55,297 bases of DNA from Prorocentrum cordatum (taxonomy: Eukaryota), in contig CAUYUJ010000168.1 of NCBI GenBank assembly GCA_963575745.1, forward strand, positions 62,001-117,297, in the 5' to 3' direction. The notes beneath the pieces were generated by a model, which saw nothing but the letters and a program-made list of their open reading frames with translations, searched no databases and had not been told where the DNA came from. Position numbers and translations under genes: made by a program. Shown here in pieces: positions 22,675-35,538 of the stretch (position 1 is its first letter; each line of letters begins with the position of its first letter).

Positions 22675-22904
22675 TTGGATTGGGCATGTCCTCCTCCAGG
22701 CGGATTTTGGATGAAAAATAAAGCACTTTCAACACATCATCAAAACATACCAGAACATCGTCAAAGCATCGTCCTCGGTCATGTTTATACATATGTGTAT
22801 ATATATATATATATGTGTATATATATGTGTACATATATGTTTGAATATTCCTCCTGTAGGGGGACAAGCCCGATTTCTCCTGTAGAGGGACAAGCCCGAC
22901 TTAA
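22675..22904. mobile_element. MITE M1 copy 6 with internal (TA)n and a duplicated right TIR
   Basis: TTGGATTGGGCATGTCCTCCTCCAGGCGGAT ... CCTGTAG(G/A)GGGACAAGCCCGA twice, ending ACTTAA. Confidence 0.75.
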
Positions 22905-23059
22905 CCACAACATGACGGACAAGCCCCGGCGCTCGGCGGCCCCACCTTGCCGCCATCCCTTCTCTCGGAGTGAGGGGGGGCCGAGTGGTCTTCCACCATC
23001 CCTGGGTGCGTGGGTGAACTCTGGGATCCCGTGGCCCAAGTTCTGCCTGTTTGTCGTTT

Positions 23060-23095
<36 letters not shown>

Positions 23096-23822
23096 TTCGG
23101 CGTCGTCCCCCCCGCGACCTACCCGCGACCCACCCGTGACACTCACCCCGCGTCCCGTCCCTGACGCTTGTCCGCGGTCTCGGGGCGTAGCTCGAAGGGT
23201 GGACGGCGTTCCTGTTTCAGTGCAGGGCTCCCGTCTGACCTACGTCCTCGCGCAGTGCAAGCGAGGCCGTGCAGGGACAGCTCAGGACGGGAGGGTGCCC
23301 TGCAGAATCGTTCGCACATCTTGGGCCTACCCTGGTCCTCCCTGCTGCTGCTGCTGCTGCTCCCCGTCCTCGCCGCGGGAGGTGAGGCTCGGGCGGAGCG
23401 GGGAACACCGGGGAGGGACTGGGGGCCCCTTTCGTCTCGCGCCCTGCTCACCAGGTTCCCCTCCCTGAGACGGCAGTCCGAGGAGGAGGAGGAGGAGGAG
23501 GAGGAGGAGGAGGAGGAGGAGGAGGAGGAGAGGGGGCGGACGCTCAGAGAGCAGGAGCAGAGACAGCCACCGAGGGAGGGGGCGGGGTCGAGGGCGTCTC
23601 GTCGCAGTTCTCGGCCTCTGGCAACCCGTCTCGGGCCCCTATGGAATGTCGAGCATCGATCCCGAACGAAACGCCGACGAGGGACCCCGGGAGGGGTCCA
23701 AGGGACCCGTGTTTTTGAAGCGGATTTTGTCGGGAGGCGGAGGAGGAAGAGGAGGCGAACCACCCCCACTCCAGGGACCCATTAGAAACCACCGAGGAAG
23801 TGGAGGGGGGGGAGGAGGAGGA

Positions 23823-24615
23823 CCAGTGTAAACCCAAGGGGCATCAACGATGTTGGAATCCACCCTCCCTCCAAACTCCCGCTTCATAAGCCCCTACAAC
23901 GGTTCATTTCCATTGAAGGATCTGCCTCGTTGGAAGACAACCGTTTGAAGACCCGGAAGCAGGCCTAGACATTTTTCCCGGGATTCCAACGCCACGGATC
24001 AACTTGACTATTGCGTCTTGACGATCCTGGATCGTGCCAGAACGCCATCCTTGGGATTTCAACACCGCGAATCAACGTAACCGTTGCACCCGCAAAATCC
24101 TGAATCCTTCCAAAGCGCCATTTCTGGGACGTTGATCGTGGGAATCCGTGAAGCCCTTGCACACTTTAAAAACGAATGTACGTGGCGCTGAGGCGAGAAC
24201 GACATTTTGAAAAGGAACCGCCCCAATCCGTGGAACTCTTGCAATGTTTGAATACGAATGTGCGCGGCGCTAAGGCGAGAACCACATTTTGAAAACGGGT
24301 TATATTCGATCCGTGAAATTTTTGCAATTTTCTACAATGAATGTGCGCGGCGCTAAGGCGAGAACCTCATTTTGAAAACGGTTTATCCTCAATCCGCGAA
24401 GCCCTGGCAAATTTTAGAAACGAGTGTGCGCGGCGCTAAAGCGAGAGCCACATTTTGAAAACCACCCGCTTTCCATCTGTGAAGCTGTTGCCAATTTTCA
24501 AGCTTCAGAGTCATAAATGGTATGGTGAGGACATCTCAAGCGAAACGCCCGGCTCGCCCTAAAAACTGGCCTCGAGGTGCGACAGGGGAAAATTATCTAT
24601 AAGGAAAAGGACTGG
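23823..24615 (+). mobile_element. Family A element, complete copy inside (GAG)n
   Basis: Begins CCAGTGTAAACCC and ends GGAAAAGGACTGG. Internal ~83-bp units. GAG repeats on both sides. Confidence 0.8.
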
Positions 24616-25089
24616 AGGAGAAAAGGCGGAAGAGGAGGAGGGGAAAGGAGGAAGAGGAGGGATAGGAGGAGGCCGAGGAGGAGGAGGAGGAGGAGGAGGA
24701 GGAGGAGGAGGAGGAGGAGGAAGAGGATGAGGAGGGGGAGCAGGAGCAGGAGGAGGAGGAGGAGGAGGAGGAGGAGGAGAAGAACCCCTCGAGCGCCCCC
24801 TCCCGAGGAGCCCGCCAGCTGAGGATCTGCAAGACAGGTCCCAAATCTGGCGGCGCGCGCTGGAAGGGCCCCGGTGCGAGAGGTGTGGGCGGTTTGGGGG
24901 CGGCCTCTCGAAAGGCTCGCGGGAAGCTTCGCCATCAGGAAGCAGGAGGAGCGAGGCGGGAGGAACGAAGAGGAGAAGGAGAAGAATGATGAGGAGGAGG
25001 GGGTGGAGGAGGAGGAGTAGGAGGAAGATGAGGAGGAGGAAGAGGAGGAGCAGGAGGAGGAGGGAGGGAGGGGGAGGAGGGAGGGGGGG

Positions 25090-25960
<871 letters not shown>

Positions 25961-26314
25961 AAAACCCAACTCCCGGGAATCCTGTGGGTAAAAAAACAAT
26001 ACGCGGGGGGGGGTCTACTACTCCCAGCACGCCATCAGGGGAAGAGGGAGAGTAGTATTCATATTGAGTAATTGTAGAAGTGAAGGAGGGGGAAGAGGGG
26101 GAGGAGGAGGAGGAGGAGGAGGAGGAGGAGGAGGAGGAGGAGGAGGAGGTGGAGGAAGGGCAGGAGGTTCAGGGGGAGCAGGGGGCTGGTTGGTTCGAGG
26201 AGGAGGATGAGGATGAGGAGGGGAAGAAAGAGAGCAACGGTTGGAGGCTGTTCTCTCCCGGTGGGTAGTTCAGTCCTGCAGAGCGGGGGTCCAAGGACTA
26301 GGATGACCCGATTG

Positions 26315-27290
26315 ACCCCCAAAATGCATCAGCGACTCTGCAATACACCCTCCCGTCCCACGTCCCCTCTCCAGACGTCCCTGCAAGCTTTCATTTTCGC
26401 TGAACAAAAAACTCCCCTTGAAAAACCAGCGAAATCTGGGCTGCCATTTTGGACAGAGCCCCGCTTTGAAACGGATTTGCCTTGCATTCTTCTGGCGCGT
26501 ATGCAAGACTGCGAAAATCTATGGTCATCCAGTTGCGCGAAGTGTCAAACGATTTTTCCTTTAGAAGAAGCGTCGCCCCTTGCATCAGTGTGGCTGTTGC
26601 ACAAACTCAAGTTTGAGGTCGCTAGACCCGAGGAGGTCTCACGCCACATGCGCGCGCGAAAGGGCCCGCGTAGTCTCATTAGACGAAGGATTTTCAAAAC
26701 CTGTTGTTTTCCAACGATTTCGCATGATCGCGGGCAGATATGTGGTTTCAGGTGGAAAAATAGATTGCGCACCATTCGCTGTGTATTTGTTGTAATCAAA
26801 TTTGGTTTCGGGGACTTTGATCTGGAACATGGTACAATCTATGTTAAGCATTCTATGTGGTGTGAGCTATGTGGTACAAACTATGTGCCGCAATACGGCG
26901 ACTAGGCGGCGGCGACGGGCGGCGACAAGCCTGTCGGGGTGACACACGAACCCAGCTCTTTCCTAAAGCCTAATACGAGCCCTTACTTGCGATCACTACT
27001 TAAGGGAACGATTTCGAGCGAAAGCCCCATTCTGAAAAACATTGGCCTCCGTCCTTCTAGCTGTTGCGCAGAAGCGAATGTGCGCGGTGCTGAGGCGAGA
27101 GCCACGCTTTACAAACCACGTGCCCTCCATCCTCGGAGCTGCTGCGATCGTTTAGGGGCGACAGTGCGCGGCGCTGTGACGAGAGGCGCGGTTTGAAAAC
27201 GACCCCCCTTCGACCCTGACGCCGCTGCAAGCTTTCAGAACGAACGCGCGCGGCGCTGAGGCGAGAGCCGCAGTTCAACAACCGCCTGTG
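26315..27290. mobile_element. Family H repeat with satellite units related to family A
   Basis: ATGCATCAGCGA..TGC.ATAC end and internal segments are inverted homologues of 54050-54785. Contains GTGCGCGGCGCTGAGGCGAGAGCC units. Confidence 0.5.
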
Positions 27291-28209
27291 CTCCACCCCT
27301 GAGGCTGTTGCGAGCTGTCAAGCTTCACGATCATGAGCGGGAGGGCGAAGAAAAGCAGGACGAGGAAGCGGACAACGGGAGGTGGAGGAGGCGCCACTCC
27401 GCCGCCGCCCGCTGCCCGCCTGCTGCCCACTCGCCTGGCCTTGCAGAAGTCGCCGTGGCCGTGCAGATGCCGAGGCGAGAAGGAAGCGAAGGCGGCCGCC
27501 CGTCCCCGCGCCCGGCTCTGACCGCGGGCTCGGGGCGCGCGGCCGGCCTCGTCCGTGCTCATCTCCTTCAGCGCCTCGGTGAAAGCCTGCCGCTGCTCCC
27601 CGTCTGCCCGCGAGCGCCGTGCGCCCAGCGTTCCTCCTCCTAAGATCTCCTCCTCCTCCTCCTCCTCCTCCTCCTCCTCCTCAAGTTTCCTTCCCCTTCC
27701 TCCATCCTCCTCCTGCTCCTGCCGACTGCACCTCCTCCTCCCTAGCGTCAGCTTGTGATTAACAATAACCTGGGGGGCGCGCGTGATAAAACAAGTGGTT
27801 CCCCTGCTCGGGCGAATCGCGGGGGGGGGCCCGCTAAACGGAAACGTGGGGCGGCGGCGCTGGCGACTAGCGCCGACGCCCGGCCGCCAGCGAGAAAGCG
27901 ACAGGAACAGCGCGGACTGGGAGAAGGGAGGGGGCAGGAGGCAATGGCGGCACAAACAGGGATCGTCGGCGCCGCCACCGCCGCGTTATAACCCTGTTTC
28001 GCAATCGAGCGGAACTCCCGTCGCCGCGATGAGTTCCCGCCAGGACCAGCTCTGTCGTTTTTCGGCTGCATCGGGGCCCGCCAAAGGCCCAGGGGCCCGA
28101 AAGCGGGACAAACTTGTCAGGGCCCACTTCCCGTAGGACATGCGTCCTCCTCCCCCCCTGGCCCCCCTCCCCCCCTGCTCCTCCTCTCCCCCCTTTCGAC
28201 TCTTCCAAA

Positions 28210-28730
28210 CTTGCCATTCTCAGAGAAGTGCTTCTTTTTCGTGCTCAGATGTCTAGTCACGGGTACGCGTGGGTGGTGGGCGGAGATTTCAATGTTGACC
28301 CGCCCGCGTTGGTACCTCGGTTCGGCTCAATCGGAAGAGTCCTGGCAGCCAGCCAGAAGACGACATGCAGGCAGTCGCTGCAAGGCCACACATGCGATTA
28401 CTTCGGAGTGGATGCAGGGCTGCACAGGTGAGATGCGTGTCGACGACGCCGCAGATACGTTTCCTCACCGCCCAATCGCGCTGGAGTTGCATGGGGCTGA
28501 CAGGCCTTTGTGGTGCCAGGTAGCGTGGGAGCCTCCAACTTTCGAGGCTAAGGCTCCGCCTGGTCGCAGTCGGTCCCCATGTGTTTGGAAGCCAATTCAG
28601 GAGCTGATCGACGTCGTGGATAAGGACGAGGAACTGGCGCAGGCGTGGGACGATGTGATTCTTATCGAGGCGATGAAGCACATCGGACGTGCTGGCCTTC
28701 GACACCGGCGCTGGGCGAAGTGCTCCTGAA
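28210..28730 (+). pseudogene. Non-LTR retrotransposon AP-like (EEP) endonuclease relic, frameshifted
   Basis: WVVGGDFN (GDFN), TCDYF (IDY-like) and, after a frameshift, FPHRPI (SDH-like), in the canonical order. Confidence 0.8.
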
Positions 28731-28852
28731 CGCCGCCGGAGTCCGGACTAGCGACGGGATGGTCGGTCACAGGGCGCGTGGGCGGTGGTGGCAGGAGGGG
28801 CGCGCCACCTTCGAAGAGTGAGAGTAGAAGAGCAAAACACGCCATGAACATA

Positions 28853-28996
28853 AACTCTTAGCGCTCCGCGCGAATTTCTTGGATCTGCGCTGGACCCCCC
28901 TCCCTGGCGCGCGGAGCGCGCCAGGGGCGGCGCCGAAGGCGCCGCCAGGGGGGCCTCGAGCGGATCCAAGAAATCCGCGCGGAACGTCAAGAGTTC
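28853..28996. mobile_element. MITE family G
   Basis: AACTCTTAGCGCTCCGCGCGAATTTCTTGGATC / GATCCAAGAAATCCGCGCGGAACGTCAAGAGTT. Confidence 0.7.
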
Positions 28997-29414
28997 TGGT
29001 TTAGTCAATCATGTCTTCTTCGACGGATGAAGCAAGAACGGAGCTGCGATGCGGACGCGTTCAAACCCTCGGCCGTCCTGCGTGGCGCGGCGTGCTGCTT
29101 GGACGACCGCGTGCTGCGGTGGGGGTGGGAGGCCTCGCCGCGGTGGCTCCTGCTCTGCGGCAGCTCACCGAGGTGCGCAGGATGGTGCTCGTGGACGACC
29201 GCCTCGGCGACGGCGGTCGACTTGGTGGTCGAGCGGGCCAGCAGCGCGGCCGAGGCTTTCGCCCAGGAGCGCAAAAAGAGCTGGATGGATGGGGTCACAG
29301 TGAAAACCGATAGTCAGGATGCGCGATGAGGATGCAAAGGACCTCGGGCGCCCATGCCGAAGCCTTTTGAGCGGGGCGGGCCAGCGAAAGTGCCCAGGGA
29401 TGGGCCGAGGATGG

Positions 29415-29625
29415 CCGAAGCACCCAGGATGCAAAGGGGATCCTTGGAAGAACCAAGGATGCAAGGGGATTCTTGGAAGAACCAAGGATGCGAGGGGATC
29501 CTTGGAAGAATCCAGGATGCGAGGGGATCCCTGGAAGCACCCAGGATGCGAGGGGATCCCAAGAAGAACCCAGGATGCGAGGGGATCCCTGGAAGCACCC
29601 AGGATGCGAGGGGGGATCCCTGGAA
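29415..29625. repeat. ~29-bp minisatellite (GGATGCGAGGGGATCCCTGGAAGCACCCA)
   Basis: About 7 units seen directly. Confidence 0.85.
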
Positions 29626-29727
29626 CGTCGCTCACCCAGCTTCGTTCAGCGGGGCCCGTCGGGCCCTCGGGCTCACCGAGCGCCGGAGCTCGGCAGCAGG
29701 CGCTCCGGCGACGTGGTAGCCTGTGGA

Positions 29728-32270
29728 CCAGTGTAAACCCAAGAGTCATCCACGACGTTGGAATTATCCCTCCCTCCAAGCTTCCTCTTCATAGGCCCCT
29801 ACGACGCTTCATTTCCATTGAGGGAACTGCCTCGCTGGAAGCCAACCGTTTGAAGACCTTGAAATCTGCCAACACCTCGTTCTCGGGATTTCCACGCCAC
29901 GGATCAGTCTGACTACTGCGTCCTGACGATCTGGGACTTCAACACCGCGAATTAACAAAACCTTGTACCCGCATGATCTTGAATCCTTCAAAAACACAAT
30001 TTCTGGCACGCTGACGCTAGAACCACATTTCGAAAACTACCCGCCTTCAATCCGTGAACCTCTTGCAAATTTTCGGAACGATGCGAATGCGCGCGACGCT
30101 GACGCGAGAACCACATTTTGAAAACCACCCGCCCTCAATCCGTGAAGCTCTCTCGATTTTTCCCAACCATCCTGTGGTGTTGGGTCCTCGTTTTGAAGAG
30201 ACGGTGCCCTCCGTTCCTCCTCCTCCTCCTCCTCCTCCTCCTCCTCCTCCTCCTCCTCCTCCTCCCCCTCCTCCCTCCATCGGCACACCCGTCACGCGTT
30301 TCGTGGCCCCATAAAAGGGGGCTCCACCGTAGGCCCAAATGGCTGCTCTCGCATGCGTCTCCCCCACCCGGGAGAACGTTTCGTGGCCCCATAGGGAGCT
30401 CCGCCGACGGCCCCAGTGGCTGCTCTCGCATGCGCCTCCCCCATCCAGGACAGCGTTTCGTGGCCTCATAGGGAGCTCCACCGAAGGCGCCAGTGGCTGC
30501 TCTCGCATGCGCCTCCACCCACCCAGGACAACGTTTCGTGGCCCCATAGGGAGCTCCACCGAAGGCCCCAATGGCTGCACTCACATGCGTCTCCCCCGCC
30601 CAAGACAGCGTTTCGTGGCCCAATAGGGAGCTCCACCGACGGCGCCAGTGGCTGCTCTCGCATGCGTCTCCCCCACCCAGGACAGCGTTTCGTGGCCCTG
30701 TAGGGAGCTCCACAGAAGGCGCCAATGATTGCTCTCGCATGCGTCTCCCCCACCCAGGACAGCGTTTCGTGGCCCCATAGGGAGCTCCACCGAAGGCGCC
30801 AGTGGCTGCTCTCGCATCCGTCTCCCCCACCCAGGACAACGCTTCGTGGCCCCATAGGGAGCTCCACCGAAGGCGCCGGTGGCTGCTCTCGCATGCGTCT
30901 CCCTCGCCCAGGACAGCGTTTCGTGGCCCCATAGGAAGCCCAACCGAAGGCCCGTGTGGCTGCTCTCGCATGCGTCTCCCCCGCCCAGGACAGCGTTTCG
31001 TGGTCGAAAGCCCAAGTGGCTGCTCTCGCATGCGTCTCCCCAACCTAGGACTGCGTTTCGTGGTCCCATAAGGAGTTCCACCGAAGGCCCCAGTGGCTGC
31101 TCTCGCATGCGTCTCCCCCGCCCAGGACAGCGTTTCGTGGCCCCATAGGGAGCTCCACCGAAGGCGCCAGTGGCTGCTCTCGCATGCGTCTCCCTCGCCC
31201 AGGACATGGTTTCGTGGCCCTATAGGGAGCTCCACCGACGGCGCCAGTGGCTGCTCTCGCATGCGTCTCCCCCGCCCAGGACAGCGTTTCGTGTCCCTAT
31301 AGGGAGCTCCACCGAAAGCCCCAGCTGCACTCGCATGCGTCTCCCCCATCCAGGACAGCGTTTCGTGGCCCCACAGGGAGCTCAACCGAAAACCCCAGTG
31401 GCGCAGTTCGCATGCGCCTCCACCCACCCAGGAAAACGTTTCGTGGCCACTATAGGGAGCTCCACCGAAGGCGCCAGTGGCTGCTCTCACATGCGTCTCC
31501 CCCGCCCAGGACAGCCTTTCGTGGCCCCACAGGGAGCTCAACCGAAAGCCCCAGTGGCGCAGTTCGCATGCGCCTCCACCCACCCAGGAAAGCGTTTCGT
31601 GGCCACTATAGGGAGCTCCACCGAAGGCCCCAGTGGCTGCACTCACATGCGTCTCCCCCGCCCAGGACAGCCTTTCGTGGCCCATAGGGATCTTCACCGA
31701 TTGCGATACTCACAACGACGGTACTCACAACTGCATGTGGTTGGGTCCTTCGCCAAGCGAATTACAACGGATGTGCGCGACGCTGACGCGAAAACCACAT
31801 TTTGAAAACCACCCGCCCTCAACCCGTGAAGCTCTTGCAAACTTTTAAAACAAATGTGCGCGGCGCTAACGCGAGAACCACATTTTGAAAACGACCGCCT
31901 TCAATCCGTGAAACTTTTGCAAAGTGTCAAAACGAATGTGCGCGGCGTTAATGCGAACACCACATTGCGAAAACCATCCGCCCTCAATCCGTGAAACCCT
32001 TCCAAAATCTTAGCACGAATGTGCGCGGCGCTAAAGCGAGAACCACATTTTGAAAACTACCCGCTTTCACTCCGTGAAGCGCTTGCGAATTTTTAAAGTG
32101 TGCGCGGCGCTAACGCGATAGCCACATTTAGAAAACGACCCGCCCTCCATCTGTGAAGCTGTTGTCATTTCAAGCTTCAAATCATAAATGAAGCGAATCG
32201 CCCGGCCCGCCCTGAAAAACTTGCCTTAAGGGTGCGACAGGGAACCGTCTTTTATAAGGAAAAGGAACGG
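29728..32270 (+). mobile_element. Family A element interrupted by a family B element
   Basis: Same termini as 23823-24615. The 83-bp satellite is split at 30161/31763. Confidence 0.8.
30162..31763 (+). mobile_element. Family B Helentron/HINE-like element with ~18 x 77-bp satellite units
   Basis: 5' TTTT|CCCAACCATCCTGTGGTGTTGGG; 3' GTGGTTGGG then TTCGC-CAA-GCGAA then TT. No TSD. Confidence 0.75.
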
Positions 32271-32423
32271 AGGAGGAGGAAGACGAGGAGGAGGAGGAGG
32301 AAGAGGAGGAGGAGGAGGAGGAGGAGGGGGGGAATTAGGAGGAGGGGGGGAACTAGGAGAAGGAGGGGGAGGCGGAGGAGGAGGAGGAGGAGGAGGAGGA
32401 GGAGGAGGAGGATGAGGAGGAGG

Positions 32424-33960
32424 AAGTGCAACTCTTGTGGAGCCGGGCGCGGCACGCTCGGCCATCAGTTCTACGACTGCGATGCTGCTCCCGCCTCTCT
32501 CAAAGACGAGAAGCAGGCGAGGCAGCCCTTCCCAGAGGATGTTTGGCAGCACGTGAGTTTCTGTGGGAGCAAGGTGCTTTTCCTCTTGGGGGCTGGGATC
32601 GGGATGTGGTTCCTCTCCTCCACGGTCTCCCTGGTATTCCTGTGAGGCTGCCGCCGCCGCTTTCCCACCCCCCTGCTCTGAACTGGGGCCCCGCCCGAGG
32701 CACTTGGGGCCCTGCGCTCTTTACCGACTGTATTGGAAGAGCGGGGTCTTTCCCCGAGGCGGCCAAATGTGATTGGAGTGTAGAGAGCACGGCCGATGGC
32801 CGGCCTCTCCGAGCGAGGTTCGGGGGGCTGCCAGGCCTGTTCCAAACTGTTCCTCGAAGTGAGCGTTGGGCTGGGCTAGAGGCCATGCGTGTTGGACGGT
32901 CCACCCTCACCATCAGCAGCGATAGCTGACACTTTGCCAAGGAGGCACAGACCTGGGACCCCGACCTTGAGTGCGGTCTCTCTCTCTCTCGGCATGCGTC
33001 CACCTTGCGAAGGTCTTTTCGCGAGTCGAGAGGACGGGTGGCGGGCCGCATCTCCTTCGTGAGCCCCAGCGCACAGGGCGCCAAGGGAGCTCGTGGATTC
33101 GGGACTCTCGGCTGATGAGCTGCACCGTTTCATTGGCAATCACTTGACATATTTCTTTGCTAAGTTCGGAGCCCAACATGTTGCTGTTACACAAGTCGCG
33201 GCCGATGCTCGGAGAGCAGCGGTGAAGGAGTGCAAGCCTACCCTTGATTTCCCTGCGCGGGCGGTTCAATTGATACGTGCCCGCCCTGAGGTCCAGGAGG
33301 ATGTCCCCCCGTCTTAGGTCGGGCATGTCCCCCTACAGGCGGATTCTGGAGGAAACATTTGAAATACCTAAAGCATGTCCGAAAATGGTCACAAGTGGTC
33401 CAAGAATCGTCTCCATACTATTCTTTGACTATTTTTGGAGATTCCCCTGTAGAGGGACAGGCCCGACTGAACCCCAGTTCAAGCAGGCCGCGAGGCAAGG
33501 CACGCAGATTGTTCCAGCTCCTGATCATGTCTTCTTTGGCCCCTGGCTCGTCCGCGGTTCAGTGCAGGCGCTGCCTGGCGTTGGCGAGGGACCCCCCTCA
33601 GTGCCAAGACGCTGCTCCAGCCTGGTGCGAAGTGCGACCAGCCCTTTTATGCTCCAGGCCCTAGCCCAGGCCGTCGAGCAGACGGGGTGGCGCTCTCGTG
33701 CGAGTGGGGACGGAGGGGGGCCTGCTACTGCTGCCGATGAGGGCGGTGGAGGTGAGCAGGATCCTCCTCGAGTGCGATGGCCACCGAGTGCCTCGCACGG
33801 GGTCGCCTTTGCGGAGCTCGGGGGCTGGTCGGCTTCCCAAGATTCGAGAGCCCAGGGGGACCCCATGTCCCCTGGCGCTCCTGAATCATGCGCGTCGGCG
33901 GGCCCGCAATTGGCTCGCTGACAGCAAGCATCCCTCACCGGGCGCCGTTCTCACCAACTC
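32424..33960 (+). pseudogene. Non-LTR retrotransposon 3' relic: CCHC knuckle plus RNase H-like domain, with stops and frameshifts, interrupted by an M1 MITE
   Basis: CNSCGAGRGTLGHQFYDC (CCHC-type), then LFTD, QTVPRSE, TISSD and GNHL..FAKFGA, matching RNase H motifs (TDGS, QT..RAE, I.SD, GN..AD..AK). Confidence 0.75.
33314..33471. mobile_element. MITE M1 copy 7
   Basis: TTAGGTCGGGCATGTCCCCCTACAGG ... CCTGTAGAGGGACAGGCCCGACTGAA. Flanks CCCCCGTC / CCCCAGTT. Confidence 0.8.
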
Positions 33961-34321
33961 CTGACTCGTTGGGCTTTCTACTAGTTCTGATTCGTGGCTG
34001 GCGCCTCTCCCCGTGAAGGGCCTCTTCGTATCTGTTCTGGCGTGCCTGCGACTCGTTTCTTGCACGCTCTATGCTGCGTCCCGCGTGCAGATTTCTGTGG
34101 TTGCCGAGCTTTTCTGATCGAGTTTGGGAAGAGGGGGTGTGTCGCGGTCCCTGGGGTGTTCGTCACAGCCCCAGGCTGCAAAAAAAATCCCCAGCTCTTC
34201 ATCCTATCGCTCCCACTCAATTTCATGCTTTCTCGCGACCCTTCCTGAAATTTCCCTCCCCCCCTTCTTGGGCAAACAACATTATTTACGGCCACTTGAA
34301 ATAATGGTGGCTCTCCCATTC

Positions 34322-34512
34322 TCGGGGGCGCGCAAACATGGATTAGTGATCTGGATTTGGCGCGCGGTCGCCAAATCCATGGATCGGGGGAGGTGCCCTC
34401 CCCAAAATGCGGCTGGTGCCGCCTCCCTCGGCGGCGGAAATCCGCGATCTCCCATGGAAACGGGACCCGTCGCTGATCCACGCCCCCTTGATCCATGTTT
34501 GCGGTCGCCTGA
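34322..34512. mobile_element. MITE family C
   Basis: Homologous to 7073-7265. CCATTC occurs on both flanks. Confidence 0.7.
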
Positions 34513-35192
34513 CCATTCCACCCATCCCAAATCCGCTAAAAATCGGCCCCCGAGGAGGAGGAGGAGGAGGAGGAGGAGGAGGAGGAGGAGGAGGACGAGG
34601 ACGAGGAGGAGGAGGAGGAGGCGGGGAGGAGGAGGAGGAGGAGGGAGGAGGAGGAGGAGGAGGAGGAGGAGGACGAGGAGAGGAGGAGGAGGAGGAGGAG
34701 GAGGAGGAGAGGAGGAGGAGGAGAGGAGGAGACGGAGGAGGAGGAGGAGAGGAGGAGGAGGAGAGGAGAAGGAGGCGGAGGAGGCGGAGGAAGAGGAGGA
34801 GGAGGAGGAGGAGGACGAGGAGGAGGAGGAGGAGGAGGAGGAGGAGGAGGAGGAGGTTGAGGTTGCGCGAGAGAGAGAGGCTGAGAGAGAGGTTGGGCGC
34901 GCGCACTTGAAAGGGGCGCAGCGCGCCCGAGCCCGCGGCGCGGTGCCATGGCTTGCTGATGAGACTGCTGGTGCCCAGCGCGGCGCTCCGCGATGCCTGC
35001 ATCGGCACGGTCCTCGGGCAACTGGAGGCCCAGTTTATCACGGCTGGCGGCCAGTCGGAACGGGAGGTCGTGTTCACCCACGAGCTCGACCAGCTGGTCC
35101 TCGACGCGGAGGGGGGCGAAGCGGCCGCAGGTGTTGTCAGGCCGCCCTCCTTCACCACCAAGGGTGCCCACCTCTCCGCCGCGTCGGCGGAG

Positions 35193-35538
35193 GATGGAGG
35201 ATGGGCACTGGATTCCGGTGCCCCCGCAGCCCGTGGCCAAGCAGGCCCCTTGGCGCAGGGTGACCAGGGAGCCGACCAGGGACTCCCTGCGGGAGCAGAT
35301 CCTGCAGAATCGCCAGGAGTTCGAGGCCGCCAAGACGAAGGGCTCGTCGAAGCCTGCAGCCCAGGCCTGCTCTGCGGCTTCGGCGGCCAGTGCGGAGAAG
35401 GCCCCAGAGGAAGTCAAGGTCAGGATTTGGAAGTGCTCGGACCCGAGGTGCATGTTCAAGAACTTCGGGTTTCGCGAGCACTGCTGGATGTGCACTGCAA
35501 GTGCCCCTCCTCTCGAGGATGGACAGACCTCCCTTTAG
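35193..35538 (+). pseudogene. Coding relic or exon with a RanBP2-type zinc finger
   Basis: WKCSDPRCMFKNFGFREHCWMC fits W-x-C-x4-C-x3-N-x6-C-x2-C (35428-35493). Confidence 0.6.

Noticed and set aside
1..24615. 1-635 and 23823-24615 as giant TIRs of a 24-kb element
   Set aside because: The copies are substantially diverged and a third copy exists at 29728, so this is a dispersed family.
30290..31690. 520-aa ORF or CRISPR-like array in the 77-bp repeats
   Set aside because: The ORF is a translation of stop-poor satellite units, and there are no spacers.
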